48,863 nucleotides of DNA from Gammaproteobacteria bacterium (GCA_041672765.1 JBAYZB010000001.1:1-48863); one strand, 5' to 3'; numbered from the stretch's first letter, positions 1-8,314 are shown. Program-made: numbers and translations. Notes: generated from the sequence alone by a model not told the origin.

Positions 1-1
1 C

Positions 2-232
2 CTCGCCGCCCTGAGCTACGTCGATCACATCGTGGCGTTCGACGGCGATACGGCCGATGAAGTGATCGAGGCGATCCGGCCCGACATCTTCGTCAAGGGC
101 GGGGACTATACGCGCGAGACGCTGCCCGAGGCCGGCCTGGTGGAGCGGCTCGGCGGCGCGGTGTGCATCTTTCCCTATGTGGAAGACCGCTCCACCACCG
201 GCATCATCGAGCGCATACGTCAGGCCGGCTGA
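2..232 (+). CDS. C-terminal fragment of a cytidylyltransferase-fold D-beta-D-heptose 1-phosphate adenylyltransferase (RfaE/HldE domain II-like); 5' end lies outside the window
   Basis: The frame is open from the window edge. The tail DIFVKGGDYTRETLPEAGLVERLGG...FPYVEDRSTTGIIERI matches the conserved C-terminus of HldE domain II type adenylyltransferases. Confidence 0.7.
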   Translation, partial: LAALSYVDHIVAFDGDTADEVIEAIRPDIFVKGGDYTRETLPEAGLVERLGGAVCIFPYVEDRSTTGIIERIRQAG

Positions 233-270
233 ACGCCGATGCCGTGGGGATCGACGCAGGTGCGCATGAC

Positions 271-1107
271 ATGGCGCAGATCGACGTGCTCATCCCGACC
301 TACTGCCGTCACGCGGCGCTGGCCGTGACGCTGACCAGCCTGTGCGCGCAGGAGTGCGCGGATTTCCGTCTCGTGGTGTCGGACCAGACGGAGGAGGGCG
401 ATGCTCTCGCGGCGGGTGAGGTCAAGGCGGCGTTGCGCGTGCTGCAAGCCTACGGCCACGCGGTGGAGGTGCATCGTCATCTGCCGCGGCGGGGCATGGC
501 GGAGCACCGGCAGTTCCTGTTGGATCGGGCTACGGCACCCTGCGTGCTGTTCTTGGACGATGATCTGATCCTGGATCGCCGTGTCGTCGGCAACCTGTAT
601 CGGGCATTGCGCGAAGAGCGCTGCGGTTTCGTGGGCTGCGCGGTCATCGGCCTGAGCTTTCAGGACGACATGCGGCCGCAGGAGCAGGCCATCGAGTTCT
701 GGGACGGGCCGGTCGTGCCCGAGTCGATCGGGCCGGAGAGCCCGCTGTGGATACGCCATCGGCTGCACAACGCGGCCAACCTCTACCACGTGCAGCAGCG
801 CCTGCAACTGGACATGGCGCGGCCGCGCAAGTACCGCGTCGCCTGGATCGGCGGCTGCGTGATGTACGACACGGCGAAGCTGCGGGCCGTGGGAGGATTT
901 AATTTCTGGCGCGAACTTCCGCCGGACCATTGCGGCGAAGACGTGCTGGCGCAACTGCGCGTCATGGCGCGTTACGGCGGCTGCGGGTTGGTTCCGTCGG
1001 GCGTGTATCACCAGGAGCTGCCCACCACGGTGGCCGATCGCCGCATCGACGCCCCCAAGGTGCTGGGGCTGGATACCGGTAGCGCAACGTCCCATGGCTG
1101 CCGTTGA
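271..1107 (+). CDS. Glycosyltransferase family 2 (GT-A fold), paralog 1
   Basis: ATG at 271 inside ORF 163..1107. N-terminal IDVLIPTYCRHAALAVTL, FRLVVSDQ and an LFLDDD DxD-type motif. Its stop overlaps the next gene's ATG (1094). Confidence 0.8.
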   Translation: MAQIDVLIPTYCRHAALAVTLTSLCAQECADFRLVVSDQTEEGDALAAGEVKAALRVLQAYGHAVEVHRHLPRRGMAEHRQFLLDRATAPCVLFLDDDLILDRRVVGNLYRALREERCGFVGCAVIGLSFQDDMRPQEQAIEFWDGPVVPESIGPESPLWIRHRLHNAANLYHVQQRLQLDMARPRKYRVAWIGGCVMYDTAKLRAVGGFNFWRELPPDHCGEDVLAQLRVMARYGGCGLVPSGVYHQELPTTVADRRIDAPKVLGLDTGSATSHGCR

Positions 1108-1924
1108 TATTCTCCTGCCCACGTGCAACCGGCCTGCCGCGCTGGCCGTGACGCTGTGCGGAATCGCCGCGCAGACCCTGGAGGACTTCCGGCTGGTGGT
1201 GGCGGACCAGGGCGATGCGTATGCGGCGGACGCGCCGGCCATCGGCACGCTGCGCCGGCTGCTGGAGCTGCGCGGCCACCCGGTGGAGTGGCACTACCGG
1301 ACGGAACGCCGGGGCATTGCGGAACAGCGCGCGTATCTGCTGGAGCGGGCGAGCGCCGAGTGCGTGCTCTACCTGGATGACGACGTGTTCATGGAGCCGT
1401 GGGTGCTCGCGCGGCTGATGGATGTCCTGCAGGGCGAGCGCTGCGGCTTCGTCGGCGCGTTTCCCGCAGGGCTCTCCTTCCTGCAGGACGTGCGGCCGCG
1501 GCAGCAGCGGATCGCGTACTGGGACGGGCCGGTGCGGCCCGAGACCGTCGCGCCGGGATCGGAACAGTGGGAACGCTGGCATCTGCACCGGGCGGCCAAC
1601 CTGTTTCATGTCAGCCAGGGGCTGGCGCCCGGCGCGGTGCGGCGGTACAAGGTGGCCTGGATCGCCTCCTGCGTCCTTTACGACCGGGACAAGCTCCTGC
1701 GCGTGGGCGGGTTTTCCTTCTGGCCGCGGCTGCCGCGCTACCATTCGGGCGAGGAGGTGCTGGTGCAGAACCTGCTGCTGCGCCGGTTTGGCGGCTGTGG
1801 GATCGTGCCGTCCGGCACCTATCACGCGGAGGCGCCGTCCACCGTGCTCAATCCCGCGGGCACGGTGGATGGCCATGCACTTGCGCTCCTGGACGAAATG
1901 GTGGCGCGCTATGCCGCGGCGTAG
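1094..1924 (+). CDS. Glycosyltransferase family 2 (GT-A fold), paralog 2 (tandem duplicate of the previous gene)
   Basis: VDILLPTCNRPAALAVTL, FRLVVADQ, LYLDDD, ERCGFVG, YWDGPV, GGFSFW and GGCGIVPSGTYH blocks are colinear with the upstream GT2. Confidence 0.8.
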   Translation: MAAVDILLPTCNRPAALAVTLCGIAAQTLEDFRLVVADQGDAYAADAPAIGTLRRLLELRGHPVEWHYRTERRGIAEQRAYLLERASAECVLYLDDDVFMEPWVLARLMDVLQGERCGFVGAFPAGLSFLQDVRPRQQRIAYWDGPVRPETVAPGSEQWERWHLHRAANLFHVSQGLAPGAVRRYKVAWIASCVLYDRDKLLRVGGFSFWPRLPRYHSGEEVLVQNLLLRRFGGCGIVPSGTYHAEAPSTVLNPAGTVDGHALALLDEMVARYAAA

Positions 1925-3011
1925 ACGAGGGCTGGGCGTGATCGAGGCAACGCCGGACCCCTTTTCCCCAGGGCTGTTAACGCGCCTGCCCGAGGCGCCG
2001 CGCCGGGTTGCCCTGCTGCGGCCCGCGCGCATCGGGGATTTCATCTGCGCCATTCCAGCCTTCCGGGCGTTGCGGGCAGCGTTGCCGGGGGCCGAGATCA
2101 CCGTCATTGCCCTGCCGTTGCTGCGCGATCTGGCGCAGCGCATTCCGTATCTCGACCGCTTCGCGGCCTTTCCTGGATACCCCGGACTGGCCGAGCAGTT
2201 CTTCGAGGCGCGGCGCACCCTGCGGTTTTTCCGGGAAATGCAGGAGCAGCGGCTGGACCTGGCGGTGCAGATGCATGGTTCGGGCGTCAACTCCAATCCG
2301 TTCGCGCTCATGCTCGGTGCCCGGGCCACGGCCGGATTCGTGCGGCCGGGGGACGGGCCGGGGCGGCTGGACGCGGCGCTCCCGCTGCCGGCGACGGGGC
2401 ACGAGGTGTGGCGCCTGCTCGCCCTGGCGCGGTTCCTGGGCGCAGAGCCCCAGGGCGAGGCGACGGCGTTTCCCCTGTGGGAGGCGGACCACGCCCGGGC
2501 CGAAACGCTGCTGCGGCGCGCGCGGCGGCCCCTGCTCGGCCTGCACCCCGGCGCCCGCAGCGCGACGCGCCGCTGGCCGCTGGAGCGTTTTGCCGCCCTG
2601 GGCGGGCAGTTGTGCCAGCGCCATGGCGGGACCCTGGTGGTGGTGGGCGGCCCGGAGGAGCGGGCGCGGGGCGATCGGCTGGCGGCGCTGGCGGGGGGGC
2701 CGGCCCTGAACCTGTGCGGGGCGCTGTCGCTGCCGGTGCTGGGAGCGGTGCTCGTGCGTCTCGCCCTGTTCGTCACCAACGATTCCGGCCCGGCGCATCT
2801 CGCCTACGCGTTCGGTGTGCCGACGGTCACCATCGTGGGCGGAGAGGATTCGGAGCGTTACGGTCCGCCGCGGGACGGCCCCTTTCGCGTGGTACGGCAC
2901 GAGGTGCCGTGCCGGCCCTGTGACGAAGCGGTCTGTCCGGTCGATTACCACTGTCTGCACGCGGTGACCGTGCAGCGGGTGGTGGTGGCGGCGCGCGAAC
3001 TCGTGGCGTGA
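1911..3011 (+). CDS. Glycosyltransferase family 9 (heptosyltransferase-like)
   Basis: Lies in the frame of ORF 1422..3011. RVALLRPARIGDFICAIPAFRAL N-terminus and VTNDSGPAHLAYAFGVPTVTIVG nucleotide-sugar block. C-terminal CRPCDEAVCPVDYHC Cys cluster. Start is ATG 1911, which overlaps the GT2 stop; the alternative is GTG 1938. Confidence 0.75.
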   Translation: MPRRRRGLGVIEATPDPFSPGLLTRLPEAPRRVALLRPARIGDFICAIPAFRALRAALPGAEITVIALPLLRDLAQRIPYLDRFAAFPGYPGLAEQFFEARRTLRFFREMQEQRLDLAVQMHGSGVNSNPFALMLGARATAGFVRPGDGPGRLDAALPLPATGHEVWRLLALARFLGAEPQGEATAFPLWEADHARAETLLRRARRPLLGLHPGARSATRRWPLERFAALGGQLCQRHGGTLVVVGGPEERARGDRLAALAGGPALNLCGALSLPVLGAVLVRLALFVTNDSGPAHLAYAFGVPTVTIVGGEDSERYGPPRDGPFRVVRHEVPCRPCDEAVCPVDYHCLHAVTVQRVVVAARELVA

Positions 3012-3032
3012 GGCGAGGCAAAGGAGCGAGAC

Positions 3033-4112
3033 ATGCAACCACGGCGGGATGGCGCGCAGGGGTTCGACAAGATCGCGGTGCTGCGGGCGAATGGCATCGG
3101 CGACTACGTCTTTGCGGTGCCGGCGCTGGAGGCCCTGCGCGCCCGGTTTCCCCAGGCGGAAATCGTGCTGTTGGGCAAGTCCTGGCATGCGGCATTCCTC
3201 CAGGACCGGTTCGAGCCCGTGGACCGGGTGGTGGTGGTCCCGCCGTGCCCCGGCGTGGGTGAGGAGCCGGGAACGCCCGTGGATCAGGACGTGCTGGAAC
3301 GGTTTTTCGCGGAGATGGCGCGGGAACGGTTCGACCTCGCCATCCAACTGCACGGCGGCGGCCGGTATTCCAATCCGTTCGTGCAGCGGCTCGGCGCTGC
3401 CTTCACCATAGGCCTGCGCACGCCGGATGCGGCACCGCTGGATCGCTGGGTGCCGTATTTCCATTTCCAGCCCGAGGTCATGCGTTACCTGGAGGTGGTG
3501 GCGTTGGTGGGGGCCGTGCCGGTGCGGCTGGAACCGCGGATCGAGGTCGGCGCAGCGGATCTCGCGGAAGCGGCGCAACTGGCCATCGACCCCGAGCGGC
3601 CATTGGCCGTGCTCCACCCCGGCGCCACCGACCGGCGCCGCCATTGGCCGTCCAGGAAGTTCGCCGTCGTGGGCGATGCGCTGGCGGCGGCCGGGGCGCG
3701 GGTGGTGGTGATCGGTACCGAGCCCGAGCGTCCGCTGGTCGCGGCGCTGCTGGCCGGCATGAAGGCGGAGGCGGATGGGGTGTGCGGCCGTTTGTCCCTC
3801 GGCGGGCTGGCCGGGCTGCTCTCCCGCGCCGCCGTGGTGGTGGCCAACGACTCGGGGCCGCTGCATCTCGCCGCGGCGGTGGGAGCGCCCACGGTCGGCA
3901 TCTTCTGGTGCGGCAATCTGATCAATGGCGGACCGTTCACCCGTACGCGGCATCGGCCGTTGGTGTCGTGGCGCCTGCACTGCCCGCGCTGCGGCGTCAA
4001 CACGCTCGAAGCCGCTTGCGAAGACCACGACTCCTTCGTGGCCGACGTGCCGGTGGCGGAGGTGACCGCCGCGGCGCTGGATCTGCTCGCGCTGTCCGGG
4101 GCGCAAGGGTGA
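3033..4112 (+). CDS. Glycosyltransferase family 9 (heptosyltransferase-like), second copy
   Basis: KIAVLRANGIGDYVFAVPALEAL and VANDSGPLHLAAAVGAPTVGIFW motifs. An AAGGAG RBS lies 6 nt upstream of ATG 3033. Confidence 0.8.
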   Translation: MQPRRDGAQGFDKIAVLRANGIGDYVFAVPALEALRARFPQAEIVLLGKSWHAAFLQDRFEPVDRVVVVPPCPGVGEEPGTPVDQDVLERFFAEMARERFDLAIQLHGGGRYSNPFVQRLGAAFTIGLRTPDAAPLDRWVPYFHFQPEVMRYLEVVALVGAVPVRLEPRIEVGAADLAEAAQLAIDPERPLAVLHPGATDRRRHWPSRKFAVVGDALAAAGARVVVIGTEPERPLVAALLAGMKAEADGVCGRLSLGGLAGLLSRAAVVVANDSGPLHLAAAVGAPTVGIFWCGNLINGGPFTRTRHRPLVSWRLHCPRCGVNTLEAACEDHDSFVADVPVAEVTAAALDLLALSGAQG

Positions 4113-4137
4113 CGGCGATACCGGCCACGCAGTGCAG

Positions 4138-4158
4138 CCTTGACGCAAAGACGCCACG
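4138..4158. repeat. Solo terminal motif (CCTTGACGCAAAGACGCCACG) of the dispersed ACGCAAAG-type repeat family
   Basis: Shares the ACGCAAAGACGCC core with the ends of the elements at 4811-4957 and 16996-17138. Confidence 0.5.
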
Positions 4159-4164
4159 ACCGCA

Positions 4165-4710
4165 TCAGCCGCGCTTGATGATGCTGATGCGCCCGTCTCC
4201 TTCCATCTGCGCGAGTTTCACCTCGGTGAGGTCCGACACGCCCTGCTCGCGCAACTGGGTCCAAAGCTCGTCGTCGGAGATGAACTCGCGGCGCATGTTG
4301 CGCCGCAGCAGGCGGCCGTCCTGGACGAGGGGCAGCGGGGGCGGATGGACGAAGCGGCCGATGATGGGGAAGCGAAAGGCGAGCCGGTCGAGCAGGTAGC
4401 TCCACAGGATGATGGTGAGGGCCACGATGACGCCGTCGGTGATCGAGCGGTAGTCGTCCGTCATCCCGTTCTGCGCGGCATCGGCGATCAGTACGATCAG
4501 GAGCAGGTCGGGCACCGACAGGCTGGCCGCCTGGCGCCGCAGGATGACGCGCAGCAGGGAAAACAGCGCGAGATACATCACCGAGCCGCGCACGAGCAGC
4601 TCCAGCGGCGGGACGGTGGGGGTGAACAACGCCTTCCAGTCCAGGCTGAAGATGAAATCCATGGCCGGCACCGCGGGGGATTCGCTCGTGTCCATGAGGC
4701 TGTCGCCCAT
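4165..4710 (-). CDS. DUF421 (YetF-like) membrane protein
   Basis: N-terminal hydrophobic segments. C-terminal PLPLVQDGRLLRRNMRREFISDDELWTQLREQGVSDLTEVKLAQMEGDGRISII matches the DUF421 pattern. The start is uncertain: ATG 4710, 4695 or 4662, or GTG 4728. Confidence 0.7.
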   Translation of the reverse strand: MGDSLMDTSESPAVPAMDFIFSLDWKALFTPTVPPLELLVRGSVMYLALFSLLRVILRRQAASLSVPDLLLIVLIADAAQNGMTDDYRSITDGVIVALTIILWSYLLDRLAFRFPIIGRFVHPPPLPLVQDGRLLRRNMRREFISDDELWTQLREQGVSDLTEVKLAQMEGDGRISIIKRG

Positions 4711-4810
4711 CAGTCTAGCAAACGCCACGCAGGTCCTGCGGGACGGAAAAGTTACAAAGTCAAGACGCGCAGGCGTAGGAGTTCAACGCAGAGGCGCGGG
4801 GCACGGGATT

Positions 4811-4957
4811 TCAACGCAAAGGCGCAAAGACGCCAAGTTGGTTCATGGCGAATTACGGCAGCCTGGAGTGCCTCCGTACGCACGAGGAGGTCAAGCCGCG
4901 CAGGTCAAAGCCTTTACATGTCTTTGCGCTCTTTGCGGCCTTGGCGTCTTTGCGTTT
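4811..4957 (+). repeat. Copy A of a ~145-bp dispersed element with imperfect terminal inverted repeats (AACGCAAAG..GCAAAGACGCCAAG / CTTGGCGTCTTTGCGTT); MITE/REP-like
   Basis: The left end at 4813-4837 and the right end at 4940-4956 are reverse complements. Both ends recur, inverted, at 16996-17138. A half copy lies at 4782-4806. Confidence 0.7.
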
Positions 4958-4980
4958 AAAACACCGGTGCCGCCGGTTGA
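4957..4980 (-). terminator. Weak intrinsic-terminator-like hairpin downstream of ptsI
   Basis: The minus strand reads AACCGG-CGGCA-CCGGTG followed by TTTTAAA, directly after the ptsI stop. The stem is short. Confidence 0.3.
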
Positions 4981-4986
4981 ATGCAG

Positions 4987-6720
4987 TCAGGCGCGGTTGA
5001 TGCGCTCAAGCAGGGCGGCGGCTTTGTCGGATGAAGGCGCGCGCAGGATTCTTTGCGCCGGCTTGACCAGTTCGGCCAGCCGGCTCGCGTTGATGATGCC
5101 CTTCACCTCCAGCAGGGAGGAGGGATGCATACTGAATTCGGTCAGCCCCATGCCCAGCAGCAGCCGGGTATAGCGGCGGTCGCCGGCCATCTCGCCGCAC
5201 ATGGAGACCGGAATGCCCGCCCTGCGGCCCGCCTTGATGGTCATGCGGATCAGTTGCAGCACCGCCGGGTGCAGGGGATCGTAGAGGTAGCTCACCTCGT
5301 CGTCGATGCGGTCGATGGCGAGGGTGTACTGGATCAGGTCGTTGGTGCCGATGGAGAGGAAGTCGAGGTGGCGCGCGAAGATGTGCGCGGAGAGCGCAGC
5401 GGCGGGGGTTTCGATCATGCCGCCCACGGGCATGTTCGGGTCGAAGGGCAACCTTTGGCTGCGCAGCTCCTGCTTGGTCTCCTCGATGATGTGCAATGCC
5501 TGCAGTAATTCCTGCACGTTGGAAAGCATGGGGAGCATGAGCCGCACCGGGCCGGCGGCGGAGGCGCGCAGGATCGCGCGCAGTTGCGGGCGGAACAGGT
5601 CGAGCTCCTTCAGGCATAGCCGGATCGCCCGCAGCCCGAGGGCGGGATTGGTGGCGGTTCGCCCCTGTCGTCCGCCGTCGGCCTGCTTGTCGGCGCCCAG
5701 GTCGAGGGTGCGGATGGTGATGGGCTTGCCTTTCAGCGCCTTCACCACGCGCAGGTAGGCGTCGAGCTGCTCTTCCTCACCGGGCGTGTCGGCCCGGTTC
5801 ATGTACAGAAACTCCGTGCGGTACAGGCCGACGCCGCCGGCGGCCACGCGCTTGACCGCCTGGATGTCCTCCGGCAGTTCGATGTTGGCGAACAGCGTGA
5901 TCGCCTGCCCGTCGCGGGTAATGGCCGGTTCGCTGCGGAGTTTGGCGAGGTGGGCGTAGTAGCGCCGCTCTTCCCGCTGGCGCCGGTTGTAATGGGCCAG
6001 CGTCGCCTGGTCCGGGGAAGCCAGCACGACTCCCTGCTCGCCGTCCACGACGATCAGTTCCTGGTCGCGGATGTAGCGGCGGGCTCGGTGCACGCCGATG
6101 ACGGCGGGCAGCCCCAGGCTGCGGGCGAGGATGGCGGTGTGGGACAGCGGACCGCCGTACTCGGTGACGAATCCGATCATGCCCTGATGCTGCATGAGCA
6201 CGGTGTCGGCGGGCGTCAGATCGTCCGCGAACACGATGCAGCCCTTGAGGGCGGGGCCGGTCGTTTTGGTGGTGTCGTTATCGGCCAGCAGGATGCGCTG
6301 GATGCGGGAGATGACGTGGTCCACGTCGTCTTTGCGCATGCGCAGGTAGGCGTCATCCATCTCGTCGAACACCGCGACGAGGCTGTCGCGCTGCAGCTTG
6401 AGTGCCCATTCGGCATTGCACTGTCGGGTGCGGATGAGGTGGATCGGTCCGGTGGCGAGGGTGGAGTCTCGCAGCATCAGCAGGTGGGTATCGATGAAGG
6501 CCAGGATGTCGGCCGGCGTGTTGGCCGGGATCTGTTCCCGTATCATGCTGAGCTGCTGATGTGCCAGCCGCAGCGCCGTTTCGAACCGGGCCACTTCTGC
6601 TTCGACCAGGTGCGGCGGGATGGCCGATTCCGGGATTTCCAGGCGATTGGGTTCCAGCACGCAGGCCTTGCCGATGGCTATGCCGCGGGATACGCCGATG
6701 CCGTGGAGCGCCAGGCTCAT
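4987..6720 (-). CDS. ptsI: Phosphoenolpyruvate-protein phosphotransferase (PTS enzyme I), no GAF domain
   Basis: 577 aa. MSLALHGIGVSRGIAIGKA N-terminus, GGPLSHTAILARSLGLPAV phospho-His loop and FLSIGTNDLIQYTLA C-terminal domain. Confidence 0.93.
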   Translation of the reverse strand: MSLALHGIGVSRGIAIGKACVLEPNRLEIPESAIPPHLVEAEVARFETALRLAHQQLSMIREQIPANTPADILAFIDTHLLMLRDSTLATGPIHLIRTRQCNAEWALKLQRDSLVAVFDEMDDAYLRMRKDDVDHVISRIQRILLADNDTTKTTGPALKGCIVFADDLTPADTVLMQHQGMIGFVTEYGGPLSHTAILARSLGLPAVIGVHRARRYIRDQELIVVDGEQGVVLASPDQATLAHYNRRQREERRYYAHLAKLRSEPAITRDGQAITLFANIELPEDIQAVKRVAAGGVGLYRTEFLYMNRADTPGEEEQLDAYLRVVKALKGKPITIRTLDLGADKQADGGRQGRTATNPALGLRAIRLCLKELDLFRPQLRAILRASAAGPVRLMLPMLSNVQELLQALHIIEETKQELRSQRLPFDPNMPVGGMIETPAAALSAHIFARHLDFLSIGTNDLIQYTLAIDRIDDEVSYLYDPLHPAVLQLIRMTIKAGRRAGIPVSMCGEMAGDRRYTRLLLGMGLTEFSMHPSSLLEVKGIINASRLAELVKPAQRILRAPSSDKAAALLERINRA

Positions 6721-6773
6721 GATTCAGTTGCAAGTCACGAGCGGCAAGTGGCAGGTCCCGATCTCGTAACTTG

Positions 6774-7043
6774 TTACTCCTCCTCTCCGAACCGGTTGTT
6801 GATGAGTTCTTCCAGATGCTGGACCGCGGATGCCTCGTCTGCGCCGGAGGCGATGATGGTGAGTTTGGTGCCGCGGCCGGCGGCCAGCATCATGACGCCC
6901 ATGATGCTCTTGCCATTGACCTGCCGGTTGCCGCGCACCAGTTGGATGTCGCTTTCGAAGCGCGACGCGACCGTGACGAATTTCGCCGCCGCGCGGGCGT
7001 GCAGGCCAAGTTTGTTGATGATGGTGATTTCCCGCTGCACCAC
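6774..7043 (-). CDS. HPr-family phosphocarrier protein
   Basis: 89 aa. GLHARAA places His15 and NGKSIMGV places Ser46. It lies between the EIIA-Man and EI genes. Confidence 0.92.
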   Translation of the reverse strand: MVQREITIINKLGLHARAAAKFVTVASRFESDIQLVRGNRQVNGKSIMGVMMLAAGRGTKLTIIASGADEASAVQHLEELINNRFGEEE

Positions 7044-7044
7044 G

Positions 7045-7455
7045 TCATTCCTCTTCTTCTTCCGCTCCGGTCGGACACAGCAGTATCCCGTTGCGTCCGC
7101 CGCTGATGGCCTTTTCCACCAGTTCCGGCAGGCTCAGCCGGGGATAGTTCAGCACTCGGATGAGCATCGGCAGGTTGAGGCCCGCCACCACCCTCACCTG
7201 TTTGCAGTCAGACAGCCGATTGGCGATGTTGCTGGGCGTCGAGCCGTACACGTCCGTCAGCACCAGCACACCGTCGCCCTGTTCGAGTTCCGCCACCATG
7301 TGGCGGGCCTTGGCCACGAGCGCTTCCGGGTCGCTGTCGGGCATTACCGGCAGGACGGCGGTGGCGAGCGGGCAGACGCCCAGCGTCGCGCTCGCCGTGC
7401 TCAGCAATTCGGCGCCGATGCGATTATGGCTGATGATCAATAAACCTACGGTCAT
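7045..7455 (-). CDS. PTS EIIA component, mannose/fructose family (soluble)
   Basis: MTVGLLIISHNRIGAELL (His10 context) and DVYGSTPSN. ATG 7455 overlaps the rapZ stop (ATGA). Confidence 0.85.
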   Translation of the reverse strand: MTVGLLIISHNRIGAELLSTASATLGVCPLATAVLPVMPDSDPEALVAKARHMVAELEQGDGVLVLTDVYGSTPSNIANRLSDCKQVRVVAGLNLPMLIRVLNYPRLSLPELVEKAISGGRNGILLCPTGAEEEEE

Positions 7456-8306
7456 GATAGCTCCCTGTGGCGTGTCAGTACGTTGTCCCATTTGTTGCGG
7501 AAGTGAGCCGCCAGCAGTTCGGCCATGTAGACCGAGCGGTGCTGCCCGCCGGTGCAGCCGATCGCTATGGTCATGTAGCTGCGGTTGTCCGCCGCGAAAC
7601 GGGGGAGCCAGGTGTCGAGGAAGCGTTTCAGTTCCTCGAACATCTGCAGGACTTCCGGCTGGTTTTCCAGGTAGGCGATGACCTCGCCATCCAATCCGGT
7701 CAGCGGGCGCAGTTGCTGCTGCCAGTGGGGATTCGGCAGGCAGCGCACGTCGAAGACGAAATCGGCGTCCGCCGGTATGCCGCGCTTGTAGCCGAACGAC
7801 TCGAACAGAATGGACATGGAGTGGGCCGACTTCTGGGTGCGGTCGCGTATCAGGTCACGCAGTTGATGCACGTTCATGTGGGTTGTGTCCACATGCATGT
7901 CCGCGTTGACGGCGATGGGCTCCAGGAGCTTGCGCTCCAGGCCGATGGCCTCGGCCAGCGGCACGTTCTTGCCGGTGAGCGGATGCTTGCGGCGCGTTTC
8001 GCTGAAGCGCTTGAGCAGCGTGTATTCGTCCGCCAGCAGATAGATGATCTCGCAACTGATGCCGGCGTCCCTCAGTTCGCGCAGGACGCTCGGGAAGCGC
8101 TCCAGATGTTCGGGCTGGCTACGGGCGTCCGTTCCCACGGCGATCTTTTCGTAGGCGGGCTGGCGGCTCGCCAGCATCTGCATCGCGAAGGCCTGTAACA
8201 GGCCGAGGGGCAGGTTATCGATGCAATAGTAGCCCAGGTCTTCGAGCGTGTGCAGCGCCACGCTTTTGCCCGAGCCCGACAGACCACTGACGATGATCAG
8301 TTTCAT
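7452..8306 (-). CDS. rapZ: RNase adapter protein RapZ (YhbJ)
   Basis: MKLIIVSGLSGSGKSVALHTLEDLGYYCIDNLP Walker A N-terminus, and C-terminal GCTGGQHRSV. Confidence 0.93.
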   Translation of the reverse strand: MKLIIVSGLSGSGKSVALHTLEDLGYYCIDNLPLGLLQAFAMQMLASRQPAYEKIAVGTDARSQPEHLERFPSVLRELRDAGISCEIIYLLADEYTLLKRFSETRRKHPLTGKNVPLAEAIGLERKLLEPIAVNADMHVDTTHMNVHQLRDLIRDRTQKSAHSMSILFESFGYKRGIPADADFVFDVRCLPNPHWQQQLRPLTGLDGEVIAYLENQPEVLQMFEELKRFLDTWLPRFAADNRSYMTIAIGCTGGQHRSVYMAELLAAHFRNKWDNVLTRHRELS

Positions 8307-8314
8307 TGCATGTG

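Noticed and set aside
962-4157. Very long minus-strand ORFs (962..2779, 605 aa; 1977..4157, 726 aa) antisense to the GT genes.
   Set aside because: Their translations are Arg/Pro/Ala/Gly-rich and low in complexity, with no recognisable motifs. The plus-strand frames carry clear GT2/GT9 motifs. Long antisense ORFs are expected in GC-rich DNA because stop codons are rare.
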